Source of the DNA: Tubulanus polymorphus
Taxonomy: Eukaryota > Animalia > Nemertea
Direction: 5' to 3'
Assembly (NCBI RefSeq): GCF_964204645.1
Contig: NW_027437435.1
Location: 116,836 to 180,835 of the forward strand
Length of the DNA stretch: 64,000 nucleotides
The notes under the pieces are model-generated. The model made no database searches and was not told the origin of the DNA. It was given only the letters and a program-made list of their open reading frames with translations. How positions within the stretch are numbered: position 1 is the stretch's first letter; every line of letters begins with the position of its first letter. The translations under genes and the position numbers were made by a program. Shown piece after piece: positions 34,124 through 47,000 of this stretch.

Positions 34124-34424
34124 ATGGTCTCGACAATTAGGAATTAAATCACAAGAATATAAAAAAGCTGTAAAAGAAAAAATAAGTAATAAAAATGTTA
34201 ATAAAAATGGTGAAAATATTGTTATTTCTACTCCTTCTAATAGTAGAATATTTGATAAATATTTATATTTTACAGTTGGATTTGTAATTGTATTCATTTT
34301 GATTGGGTGTAATTGGTATAAGAAATCAAATAAAATTCATGATATTAGTAATTCTGAACCAACTGCTATCAAAAATGAAAGTACTTCTGAAATTCCAAAA
34401 TTGATAATAAAAAAAATGGATTAA
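34056..34424 (+). CDS. Basic single-TM protein
   Basis: 122 aa; KKKPRTQKQIEW; TM segment YLYFTVGFVIVFILIGC; TAAATG start overlapping the upstream gene. Confidence 0.75.
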   Translation: MSEVKEVKELTVKKKPRTQKQIEWSRQLGIKSQEYKKAVKEKISNKNVNKNGENIVISTPSNSRIFDKYLYFTVGFVIVFILIGCNWYKKSNKIHDISNSEPTAIKNESTSEIPKLIIKKMD

Positions 34425-34616
34425 TATTTTAGAAAAAAAGCAAAAAAAAATAATTTTTTTTAATTAATTGAATATTAATTGAATATCTCACTACTTTTGT
34501 CTATCACTGTGTGGTGCTGTTTATGGCACCATCTATGTGGAGCAATTAAATTGTCCAGATAAGTCATTTCGGATTCTAGATATTCATTATTTTTATTAAT
34601 TTATTTTTTTTAAAAT

Positions 34617-34943
34617 TTAATCAACAATTTCTAAATCATGATGACCGTCTTCATTTTTCCCATGATATATTATTTTAAATCCTACTAAATCTTTCAATTC
34701 CTCCGTACTCAATGAAACCCATTTATCGGGTAAAAACACTTTAAATTCTCGTGATGTACTAACATTACAGTAGCTTAAATTAGCTGATACTTTCTCTCCA
34801 TATTTAGTTTTTATCTTTTCTAATTTCAATATTTTATGTTCAATTTCTTTTGTAACATCAACTAACTTTTTTATTTCAAATTGTTTTTTTGCTGGTTTTA
34901 TTCTGTTATTTATTGTTGCTAAGAATGCTTTTCTATCTCCCAT
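34617..34943 (-). CDS. Small beta-rich protein, possible OB-fold ssDNA-binding protein
   Basis: TKYG...KVFLP pattern; starts inside the right TIR with the same upstream sequence as polB. The function is inference. Confidence 0.65.
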   Translation of the reverse strand: MGDRKAFLATINNRIKPAKKQFEIKKLVDVTKEIEHKILKLEKIKTKYGEKVSANLSYCNVSTSREFKVFLPDKWVSLSTEELKDLVGFKIIYHGKNEDGHHDLEIVD

Positions 34944-35058
34944 TTATTAGGAAAAAAAATTACTTGTGGTGATGAGTAGGAAAAAAAAATTACTTGTGGT
35001 GATGAGTGGTGTCTCGTCCTCTCGTCCTCTGGTATGAAAGCCACATATTCTAATTACT
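34939..35058 (-). repeat. Right terminal inverted repeat with internal ~30-bp tandem duplication
   Basis: TAGGAAAAAAAA(A)TTACTTGTGGTGATGAG occurs twice (34948-34976 and 34977-35006). Confidence 0.95.
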
Positions 35059-35064
35059 GTCGTT
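35059..35064 (+). repeat. Right 6-bp target-site duplication GTCGTT
   Basis: Matches 18605-18610. Confidence 0.95.
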
Positions 35065-38000
35065 TTACCGATAGGGAGAATATTCGACACGAAAACGTCT
35101 TTTCTCGCGCTGAGCGACGTTTTCGCGTCGAAAAGTGCTTTTCCTGACGATTTGAGCGCTTTTACGCATCGGCATTGTCGTTTTTCCGATAGGGGGAATA
35201 TTCGAAAAGAAAACGTCTTTTCTCGCGCTGAGCGACGTTTTCGCGTCGAAAAGTGCTTTTCCTGACGATTTGAGCGCTTTTACGCATCGACATTGTCGTT
35301 TTACCGATAGGGAGAATATTCGACACGAAAACGTCTTTTCTCGCGCTGAGCGACGTTTTCGCGTCGAAAAGTGCTTTTCCTGACGATTTGAGCGCTTTTA
35401 CGCATCGGCATTGTCGTTTTTCCGATAGGGGGAATATTCGAAAAGATAACGTCTTTTCTCGCGCTGAGCGACGTTTTCGCGTCGAAAAGTGCTTTTCCTG
35501 ACGATTTGAGCGCTTTTACGCATCGACATTGTCGTTTTTCCGATAGGGGGAATATTTGATAAGAAAACGTCTTTTCTCGCGCTAAACTACGTTTTCGCGT
35601 CGAAAAGTGCTTTTCCTGACGATTTGAGCGCTTTTACGCATCGACATTGTCGTTTTTCCGATAGGGGGAATATTCGAAAAGAAAACGTCTTTTCTCGCGC
35701 TGAGCGACGTTTTCGCGTCGAAAAGTGCTTTTCTTGACGATTTGAGCGCTTTTACGCATCGACATTGTCGTTTTTCCGATAGGGGGAATATTCGATACGA
35801 AAACGTCTTTTCTCGCGCCGAACAACGTTTTCGCGTCGAAAAGTGCTTTTCCAGACGATTTGAGCGCTTTTACGCATCGGCATTGTCGTTTTTCCGATAG
35901 GGGGAATATTCGATACGAAAACGTCTTTTCTCGCGCCGAACGACGTTTTCGCGTCGAAAAGTGCTTTTCCTGACGATTTGAGCGCTTTTACGCATCGGCA
36001 TTGTCGTTTTTCCGATAGGGGGAATATTCGATACGAAAACGTCTTTTCTCGCGCCGAACGACGTTTTCGCGTCGAAAAGTGCTTTTCCTGACGATTTGAG
36101 CGCTTTTACGCATCGGCATTGTCGTTTTTCCGATAGGGGGAATAATTCGATACGAAAACGTCTTTTCTCGCGCCGAACGACGTTTTTGCGTCGAAAAGTG
36201 CTTTTCCTGACGATTTGAGCGCTTTTACGCATCGACATTGTCGTTTTACCGATAGGGAGAATATTCGACACGAAAACGTCTTTTCTCGCGCTGAGCGACG
36301 TTTTCGCGTCGAAAAGTGCTTTTCTTGACGATTTGAGCGCTTTTACGCATCGGCATTGTTGTTTTTCCGATAGGGGGAATATTCGATACGAAAAGGTCTT
36401 TTCTCGCGCTGAACTACGTTTTCGCGTCGAAAAGTGCTTTTCCTGACGATTTGAGCGCTTTTACGCATCGACATTGTCGTTTTTCCGATAGGGGGAATAT
36501 TCGAAAAGAAAACGTCTTTTCTCGCGCCGAGCGACGTTTTCGGGTCGAAAAGTGCTTTTCCTGACGATTTGAGCGCTTTTACGCATCGACATTGTCGTTT
36601 TTCCGATAGGGGGAATATTCGATCCGAAAACGTCTTTTCTCGCGCTGAGCGACGTTTTCGCGTCGAAAAGTGCTTTTCTTGACGATTTGAGCGCTTTTAC
36701 GCATCGACATTGTCGTTTTTCCGATAGGGGGAATATTCGATAAGAAAACGTCTTTTCTCGCGCTGAACTACGTTTTCGCGTCGAAAAGTGCTTTTCCTGA
36801 CGATTTGAGCGCTTTTACGCATCGACATTGTCGTTTTTCCGATAGGGAGAATATTCAATACGAAAACGTCTTTTCTCGCGCCGAACGACGTTTTCGCGTC
36901 GAAAAGTGATTTTCCTGACGATTTGAGCGCTTTTACGCATCGACATTGTCGTTTTACCGATAGGGAGAATATTCGACACGAAAACGTCTTTTCTCGCTCT
37001 GAACGACGTTTTCGCGTCGAAAAGTGCTTTTCCAGACGATGTGAGCGCTTTTACGCATCGGCATTGTCGTTTTTCCGATAGGGGGAATATTCGATAAGAA
37101 AACGTCTTTTCTCGCGCTGAACTACGTTTTCGCGTCGAAAAGTGCTTTTCCTGACGATTTGAGCGCTTTTACGCATCGACATTGTCGTTTTTCCGATAGG
37201 GGGAATATTCGATACGAAAACGTCTTTTCTCGCGCTGAGCGACGTTTTCGCGTCGAAAAGTGCTTTTCTTGACGATTTGAGCGCTTTTACGCATCGACAT
37301 TGTCGTTTTTCCGATAGGGGGAATATTCGATAAGAAAACGTCTTTTCTCGCGCTGAACTACGTTTTCGCGTCGAAAAGTGCTTTTCCTGACGATTTGAGC
37401 GCTTTTACGCATCGACATTGTCGTTTTACCGATAGGGAGAATATTCGACACGAAAACGTCTTTTCTCGCGCTGAACGACGTTTTCGCGTCGAAAAGTGCT
37501 TTTCTTGACGATTTGAGCGCTTTTACGCATCGGCATTGTCGTTTTTCCGATCGGGGGAATATTCGATAAGAAAACGTCTTTTCTCGCACCGAACGACGTT
37601 TTCGCGTCGAAAAGTGCTTTTCCTGACGATTTGAGCGCTTTTACGCATCGACATTGTCGTTTTACCGATAGGGAGAATATTCGACACGAAAACGACTTTT
37701 CTCGCGCTGAACGACGTTTTCGGGTCGAAAAGTGCTTTTCCTGACGATTTGAGCGCTTTTACGCATCGACATTGTCGTTTTACCGATAGGGAGAATATTC
37801 GACACGAAAACGTCTTTTCTCGCGCTGAACGACGTTTTCGCGTCGAAAAGTGCTTTTCCTGACGATTTGAGCGCTTTTTCGCATCGACATTGTCGTTTTA
37901 CCGATAGTGAGAATATTCAATACGAAAACGACTTTTCTCGCGCTGAACGACGTTTTCGGGTCGAAAAGTGCTTTTCCTGACGATTTGAGCGCTTTTACGC

Positions 38001-41000
38001 ATCGACATTGTCGTTTTTCCGATAGGGGGAATATTCGATACGAAAACGTCTTTTCTCGCGCTGAGCGACGTTTTCGCGTCGAAAAGTGCTTTTCTTGACG
38101 ATTTGAGCGCTTTTACGCATCGACATTGTCGTTTTTCCGATAGGGGGAATATTCGAAAAGAAAACGTCTTTTCTCGCGCTCAGCGACGTTTTCGCGTCGA
38201 AAAGTGCTTTTCCTGACGATTTGAGCGCTTTTACGCATCGATATTGTCGTTTTTCCGATAGGGGGAATATTCGATAAGAAAACGTCTTTTCTCGCGCTGA
38301 ACTACGTTTTCGCGTCGAAAAGTGCTTTTCCTGACGATTTGAGCGCTTTTACGCATCGACATTGTCGTTTTTCCGATAGGGAGAATATTCAATACGAAAA
38401 CGTCTTTTCTTGCGCCGAACGACGTTTTCGCGTCGAAAAGTGCTTTTCCTGACGATTTGAGCGCTTTTACGCATCGACATTGTCGTTTTACCGAAAGGGA
38501 GAATATTCGACACGAAAACGTCTTTTCTCGCTCTGAACGACGTTTTCGCGTCGAAAAGTGCTTTTCCTGACGATTTGAGCGCTTTTACGCATCGACATTG
38601 TCGTTTTACCGATAGTGAGAATATTCGATACGAAAACGTCTTTTCTCGCGCTGAACGACGTTTTCGCGTCGAAAAGTGCTTTTCCTGACGATTTGAGCGC
38701 TTTTACGCATCGACATTGTCGTTTTACCGATAGGGAGAATATTCGACACGAAAACGTCTTTTCTCGCGCTGAACGACGTTTTCGCGTCGAAAAGTGCTTT
38801 TCCTGACGATTTGAGCGCTTTTACGCATCGACATTGTCGTTTTACCGATAGTGAGAATATTCAATACGAAAACGACTTTTCTCGCGCTGAACGACGTTTT
38901 CGGGTCGAAAAGTGCTTTTCCTGACGATTTGAGCGCTTTTACGCATCGACATTGTCGTTTTTCCGATAGGGGGAATATTCGATACGAAAACGTCTTTTCT
39001 CGCGCTGAACGACGTTTTCGCGTCGAAAAGTGCTTTTCCTGACGATTTGACCGCTTTTACGCACCGACATTGTCGTTTTACCGATAGTGAGAATATTCAA
39101 TACGAAAAACGACTTTTCTCGCGCTGAACGACGTTTTCGGGTCGAAAAGTGCTTTTCCTGACGATTTGAGCGCTATTACGCATCGACATTGTCGTTTTAC
39201 CGATAGTGAGAATATTCAATACGAAAACGACTTTTCTCGCGCTGAACGACGTTTTCGGGTCGAAAAGTGCTTTTCCTGACGATTTGAGCGCTTTTACGCA
39301 TCGGCATTGTCGTTTTTCCGATAGGGGGAATATTCGAAAAGAAAAACGTCTTTTCTCGCGCTGAGCGACGTTTTCGCGTCGAAAAGTGCTTTTCTTGACG
39401 ATTTGAGCGCTTTTACGCATCGACATTGTCGTTTTACCGATAGGGAGAATATTCGCCACGAAAACGTCTTTTCTCGCGCTAAACGACGTTTTCGCGTCGA
39501 AAAGTGCTTTTCCTGACGATTTGAGCGCTTTTACGCATCGACATTGTCGTTTTACCGATAGGGAGAATATTCGATACGAAAACGTCTTTTCTCGCGCTGA
39601 ACGACGTTTTCGCGTCGAAAAGTGCTTTTCCTGACGATTTGAGCGCTTTTACGCATCGACATTGTCGTTTTTCCGATAGGGGGAATATTCGAAAAGAAAA
39701 CGTCTTTTCTCGCGCTGAGCGACGTTTTCGCGTCGAAAAGTGCTTTTCCTGACGATTTGAGCGCTTTTACGCATCGGCATTGTCGTTTTTCCGATAGGGG
39801 GAATATTCGAAAAGAAAACGTCTTTTCTCGCGCTGAGCGACGTTTTCGCGTCGAAAAGTGCTTTTCCTGACGATTTGAGCGCTTTTACGCATCGGCATTG
39901 TCGTTTTTCCGATAGGGGGAATATTCGAAAAGAAAACGTCTTTTCTCGCGCTGAGCGACGTTTTCGCGTCGAAAAGTGCTTTTCCTGACGATTTGAGCGC
40001 TTTTACGCATCGGCATTGTCGTTTTTCCGATAGGGGGAATATTCGAAAAGAAAACGTCTTTTCTCGCGCAGAGCGACGTTTTCGCGTCGAAAAGTGCTTT
40101 TCCTGACGATTTGAGCGCTTTTACGCATCGGCATTGTCGTTTTTCCGATAGGGGGAATATTCGAAAAGAAAACGTCTTTTCTCGCGCAGAGCGACGTTTT
40201 CGCGTCGAAAAGTGCTTTTCCTGACGATTTGAGCGCTTTTACGCATCGGCATTGTCGTTTTTCCGATAGGGGGAATATTCGATACGAAAACGTCTTTTCT
40301 CGCGCCGAACGACGTTTTCGCGTCGAAAAGTGCTTTTCCTGACGATTTGAGCGCTTTTACGCATCGACATTGTCGTTTTTCCGATAGGGGGAATATTCGA
40401 TACGAAAACGTCTTTTCTCGCGCCGAACGACGTTTTCGCGTCGAAAAGTGCTTTTCCTGACGATTTGAGCGCTTTTACGCATCGGCATTGTCGTTTTTCC
40501 GATAGGGGGAATATTCGATACGAAAACGTCTTTTCTCGCGCTGAACGACGTTTTCGCGTCGAAAAGTGCTTTTCCTGACGATTTGAGCGCTTTTACGCAT
40601 CGGCATTGTCGTTTTTCCGATAGGGGGAATATTCGATACGAAAACGTCTTTTCTCGCGCTGAACGACGTTTTCGCGTCGAAAAGTGCTTTTCCTGACGAT
40701 TTGAGCGATTTTACGCATCGACATTGTCGTTTTTCCGATAGGGGGAATCTTCGAAAAGAAAACGTCTTTTCTCGCGCTGAGCGACGTTTTCGCGTCGAAA
40801 AGTGCTTTTCCTGACGATTTGAGCGCTTTTACGCATCGGCATTGTCGTTTTTCCGATAGGGGGAATATTCGAAAAGAAAACGTCTTTTCTCGCGCTGAGC
40901 GACGTTTTCGCGTCGAAAAGTACTTTTCCTGACGATTTGAGCGCTTTTACGCATCGGCATTGTCGTTTTTCCGATAGGGGGAATATTCGAAAAGAAAACG

Positions 41001-44000
41001 TCTTTTCTCGCGCAGAGCGACGTTTTCGCGTCGAAAGAAGCTTTTCCTGACGATTTGAGCGCTTTTACGCATCGGCATTGTCGTTTTTCCGATAGGGGGA
41101 ATATTCGAAAAGAAAACGTCTTTTCTCGCGCAGAGCGACGTTTTCGCGTCGAAAAGTGCTTTTCCTGACGATTTGAGCGCTTTTACGCATCGACATTGTC
41201 GTTTTACCGATAGTGAGAATATTCGATACGAAAACGTCTTTTCTCGCGCTGAACGACGTTTTCGCGTCGAAAAGTGCTTTTCCTGACGATTTGAGCGCTT
41301 TTACGCATCGACATTGTCGTTTTTCCGATAGGGGGAATATTCGATAAGAAAACGTCTTTTCTCGCGCTGAACTACGTTTTCGCGTCGAAAAGTGCTTTTC
41401 CTGACGATTTGAGCGCTTTTACGCATCGACATTGTCGTTTTTCCGATAGGGAGAATATTCGACACGAAAACGTCTTTTCTCGCGCCGAACGACGTTTTCG
41501 CGTCGAAAAGTGCTTTTCCTGACGATTTGAGCGCTTTTACGCATCGACATTGTCGTTTTACCGATAGGGAGAATATTCGACACGAAAACGTCTTTTCTCG
41601 CGCTGAACGACGTTTTCGCGTCGAAAAGTGCTTTTCCTGACGATTTGAGCGCTTTTACGCATCGGCATTGTCGTTTTTCCGATAGGGGGAATATTCGATA
41701 CGAAAACGTCTTTTCTCGCGCCGAACGACGTTTTCGCGTCGAAAAGTGCTTTTCCTGACGATTTGAGCGCTTTTACGCATCGACATTGTCGTTTTACCGA
41801 TAGGGAGAATATTCGACACGAAAACGTCTTTTCTCGCGCTGAGCGACGTTTTCGCGTCAAAAAGTGCTTTTCCTGACGATTTGAGCGCTTTTACGCATCG
41901 GCATTGTCGTTTTTCCGATAGGGGGAATATCCGAAAAGAAAACGTCTTTTCTCGCGCTGAGCGACGTTTTCGCGTCGAAAAGTGCTTTTCCTGACGATTT
42001 GAGCGCTTTTACGCATCGACATTGTCGTTTTACCGATAGTGAGAATATTCGATACGAAAACGTCTTTTCTCGCGCTGAACGACGTTTTCGCGTCGAAAAG
42101 TGCTTTTCCTGACGATTTGAGCGCTTTTACGCATCGACATTGTCGTTTTTCCGATAGGGGGAATATTCGATAAGAAAACGTCTTTTCTCGCGCTGAACTA
42201 CGTTTTCGCGTCGAAAAGTGCTTTTCCTGACGATTTGAGCGCGTTTACGCATCGACATTGTCGTTTTACCGATAGGGAGAATATTCGACACGAAAACGTC
42301 TTTTCTCGCGCTAAACGACGTTTTCGCGTCGAAAAGTGCTTTTCCTGACGATTTGAGCGCTTTTACGCATCGACATTGTCGTTTTACCGATAGGGAGAAT
42401 ATTCGACACGAAAACGTCTTTTCTCGCGCTGAGCGACGTTTTCGCGTCGAAAAGTGCTTTTCCTGACGATTTGAGCGCTTTTACGCATCGGCATTGTCGT
42501 TTTTCCGATAGGGGGAATATTCGAAAAGAAAACGTCTTTTCTCGCGCAGAGCGACGTTTTCGCGTCGAAAAGTGCTTTTCCTGACGATTTGAGCGCTTTT
42601 ACGCATCGGCATTGTCGTTTTTCCGATAGGGGGAATATTCGAAAAGAAAACGTCTTTTCTCGCGCTGAGCGACGTTTTCGCGTCGAAAAGTGCTTTTCCT
42701 GACGATTTGAGCGCTTTTACGCATCGGCATTGTCGTTTTTCCGATAGGAAGAATATTCAATACGAAAACGTCTTTTCTGGCGCCGAACGACGTTTTCGCG
42801 TCGAAAAGTGCTTTTCCTGACGATTTGAGCGCTTTTACGCATCGACATTGTCGTTTTACCGATAGGGAGAATATTCGACACGAAAACGTCTTTTCTCGCT
42901 TTGAACGACGTTTTCGCGTCGAAAAGTGCTTTTCCTGACGATTTGAGCGCTTTTACGCATCGGCATTGTCGTTTTTCCGATAGGGGGAATATTCGATACG
43001 AAAACGTCTTTTCTCGCGCCGAACGACGTTTTCGCGTCGAAAAGTGCTTTTCCTGACGATTTGAGCGCTTTTACGCATCGACATTGTCGTTTTTCCGATA
43101 GGGGGAATATTCGATACGAAAACGTCTTTTCTCGCGCCGAACGACGTTTTCGCGTCGAAAAGTGCTTTTCCTGACGATTTGAGCGCTTTTACGCATCGGC
43201 ATTGTCGTTTTACCGATAGGGAGAATATTCGACACGAAAACGTCTTTTCTCGCTCTGAACGACGTTTTCGCGTCGAAAAGTGCTTTTCCTGACGATTTGA
43301 GCGCTTTTACGCATCGGCATTGTCGTTTTTCCGATAGGGGGAATATTCGATACGAAAACGTCTTTTCTCGCGCTGAACGACGTTTTCGCGTCGAAAAGTG
43401 CTTTTCCTGACGATTTGAGCGCTTTTACGCATCGACATTGTCGTTTTTCCGATAGGGGGAATATTCGAAAAGAAAACGTCTTTTCTCGCGCTGAGCGACG
43501 TTTTCGCGTCGAAAATTGCTTTTCCTGACGATTTGAGCCCTTTTACGCATCGGCATTGTCGTTTTTCCGATAGGGGGAATATTCGAAAAGAAAACGTTTT
43601 TTCTCGCGCTGAGCGACGTTTTCGCGTCGAAAAGTGCTTTTCCTGACGATTTGAGCGCTTTTACGCATCGGCATTGTCGTTTTTCCGATAGGGGGAATAT
43701 TCGAAAAGAAAACGTCTTTTCTCGCGCAGAGCGACGTTTTCGCGTCGAAAAGTGCTTTTCCTGACGATTTGAGCGCTTTTACGCATCGGCATTGTCGTTT
43801 TTCCGATAGGGGGAATATTCGAAAAGAAAACGTCTTTTCTCGCGCAGAGCGACGTTTTCGCGTCGAAAAGTGCTTTTCCTGACGATTTGAGCGCTTTTAC
43901 GCATCGACATTGTCGTTTTACCGATAGGGAGAATATTCGACACGAAAACGTCTTTTCTCGCTCTCAACGACGTTTTCGCGTCGAAAAGTGCTTTTCCTGA

Positions 44001-47000
44001 CGATTTGAGCGCTTTTACGCATCGGCATTGTCGTTTTTCCGATAGGGGGAATATTCGAAAAGAAAACGTCTTTTCTCGCGCAGAGCGACGTTTTCGCGTC
44101 GAAAAGTGCTTTTCCTGACGATTTGAGCGCTTTTACGCATCGGCATTGTCGTTTTTCCGATAGGGGGAATATTCGAAAAGAAAACGTCTTTTCTCGCGCT
44201 GAGCGACGTTTTCGCGTCGAAAAGTGCTTTTCCTGACGATTTGAGCGCTTTTACGCATCGGCATTGTCGTTTTTCCGATAGGGAGAATATTCAATACGAA
44301 AACGTCTTTTCTGGCGCCGAACGACGTTTTCGCGTCGAAAAGTGCTTTTCCTGACGATTTGAGCGCTTTTACGCATCGACATTGTCGTTTTACCGATAGG
44401 GAGAATATTCGACACGAAAACGTCTTTTCTCGCTCTGAACGACGTTTTCGCGTCGAAAAGTGCTTTTCCTGACGATTTGAGCGCTTTTACGCATCGGCAT
44501 TGTCGTTTTTCCGATAGGGGGAATATTCGATACGAAAACGTCTTTTCTCGCGCTGAACGACGTTTTCGCGTCGAAAAGTGCTTTTCCTGACGATTTGAGC
44601 GCTTTTACGCATCGGCATTGTCGTTTTTCCGATAGGGGGAATATTCGATACGAAAACGTCTTTTCTCGCGCTGAACGACGTTTTCGCGTCGAAAAGTGCT
44701 TTTCCTGACGATTTGAGCGATTTTACGCATCGACATTGTCGTTTTTCCGATAGGGGGAATCTTCGAAAAGAAAACGTCTTTTCTCGCGCTGAGCGACGTT
44801 TTCGCGTCGAAAAGTGCTTTTCCTGACGATTTGAGCGCTTTTACGCATCGGCATTGTCGTTTTTCCGATAGGGGGAATATTCGAAAAGAAAACGTCTTTT
44901 CTCGCGCTGAGCGACGTTTTCGCGTCGAAAAGTACTTTTCCTGACGATTTGAGCGCTTTTACGCATCGGCATTGTCGTTTTTCCGATAGGGGGAATATTC
45001 GAAAAGAAAACGTCTTTTCTCGCGCAGAGCGACGTTTTCGCGTCGAAAAGTGCTTTTCCTGACGATTTGAGCGCTTTTACGCATCGACATTGTCGTTTTA
45101 CCGATAGTGAGAATATTCGATACGAAAACGTCTTTTCTCGCGCTGAACGACGTTTTCGCGTCGAAAAGTGCTTTTCCTGACGATTTGAGCGCTTTTACGC
45201 ATCGACATTGTCGTTTTTCCGATAGGGGGAATATTCGATAAGAAAACGTCTTTTCTCGCGCTGAACTACGTTTTCGCGTCGAAAAGTGCTTTTCCTGACG
45301 ATTTGAGCGCTTTTACGCATCGACATTGTCGTTTTTCCGATAGGGAGAATATTCGACACGAAAACGTCTTTTCTCGCGCCGAACGACGTTTTCGCGTCGA
45401 AAAGTGCTTTTCCTGACGATTTGAGCGCTTTTACGCATCGACATTGTCGTTTTACCGATAGGGAGAATATTCGACACGAAAACGTCTTTTCTCGCGCTGA
45501 ACGACGTTTTCGCGTCGAAAAGTGCTTTTCCTGACGATTTGAGCGCTTTTACGCATCGGCATTGTCGTTTTTCCGATAGGGGGAATATTCGATACGAAAA
45601 CGTCTTTTCTCGCGCCGAACGACGTTTTCGCGTCGAAAAGTGCTTTTCCTGACGATTTGAGCGCTTTTACGCATCGACATTGTCGTTTTACCGATAGGGA
45701 GAATATTCGACACGAAAACGTCTTTTCTCGCGCTGAGCGACGTTTTCGCGTCAAAAAGTGCTTTTCCTGACGATTTGAGCGCTTTTACGCATCGGCATTG
45801 TCGTTTTTCCGATAGGGGGAATATCCGAAAAGAAAACGTCTTTTCTCGCGCTGAGCGACGTTTTCGCGTCGAAAAGTGCTTTTCCTGACGATTTGAGCGC
45901 TTTTACGCATCGACATTGTCGTTTTACCGATAGTGAGAATATTCGATACGAAAACGTCTTTTCTCGCGCTGAACGACGTTTTCGCGTCGAAAAGTGCTTT
46001 TCCTGACGATTTGAGCGCTTTTACGCATCGACATTGTCGTTTTTCCGATAGGGGGAATATTCGATAAGAAAACGTCTTTTCTCGCGCTGAACTACGTTTT
46101 CGCGTCGAAAAGTGCTTTTCCTGACGATTTGAGCGCTTTTACGCATCGACATTGTCGTTTTACCGATAGGGAGAATATTCGACACGAAAACGTCTTTTCT
46201 CGCGCTAAACGACGTTTTCGCGTCGAAAAGTGCTTTTCCTGACGATTTGAGCGCTTTTACGCATCGACATTGTCGTTTTACCGATAGGGAGAATATTCGA
46301 CACGAAAACGTCTTTTCTCGCGCTGAGCGACGTTTTCGCGTCGAAAAGTGCTTTTCCTGACGATTTGAGCGCTTTTACGCATCGGCATTGTCGTTTTTCC
46401 GATAGGGGGAATATTCGAAAAGAAAACGTCTTTTCTCGCGCAGAGCGACGTTTTCGCGTCGAAAAGTGCTTTTCCTGACGATTTGAGCGCTTTTACGCAT
46501 CGGCATTGTCGTTTTTCCGATAGGGGGAATATTCGAAAAGAAAACGTCTTTTCTCGCGCTGAGCGACGTTTTCGCGTCGAAAAGTGCTTTTCCTGACGAT
46601 TTGAGCGCTTTTACGCATCGGCATTGTCGTTTTTCCGATAGGGAGAATATTCAATACGAAAACGTCTTTTCTGGCGCCGAACGACGTTTTCGCGTCGAAA
46701 AGTGCTTTTCCTGACGATTTGAGCGCTTTTACGCATCGACATTGTCGTTTTACCGATAGGGAGAATATTCGACACGAAAACGTCTTTTCTCGCTTTGAAC
46801 GACGTTTTCGCGTCGAAAAGTGCTTTTCCTGACGATTTGAGCGCTTTTACGCATCGGCATTGTCGTTTTTCCGATAGGGGGAATATTCGATACGAAAACG
46901 TCTTTTCTCGCGCCGAACGACGTTTTCGCGTCGAAAAGTGGTTTTCCTGACGATTTGAGCGCTTTTACGCATCGACATTGTCGTTTTTCCGATAGGGGGA

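Larger units (their letters stand above)
18611..35058 (+). mobile_element. Complete Polinton/Maverick (endogenous polintovirus), 16,448 bp
   Basis: TIRs beginning AGT, 6-bp TSD, and genes for pPolB, rve integrase, A32-like ATPase and major and minor capsid proteins. Confidence 0.97.

Noticed and set aside
21288-34297. Antisense ORFs at 21288, 22151, 27831, 28699, 29701 and 34109
   Set aside because: Shadows of sense genes, with no TAAATG start or recognisable motifs.
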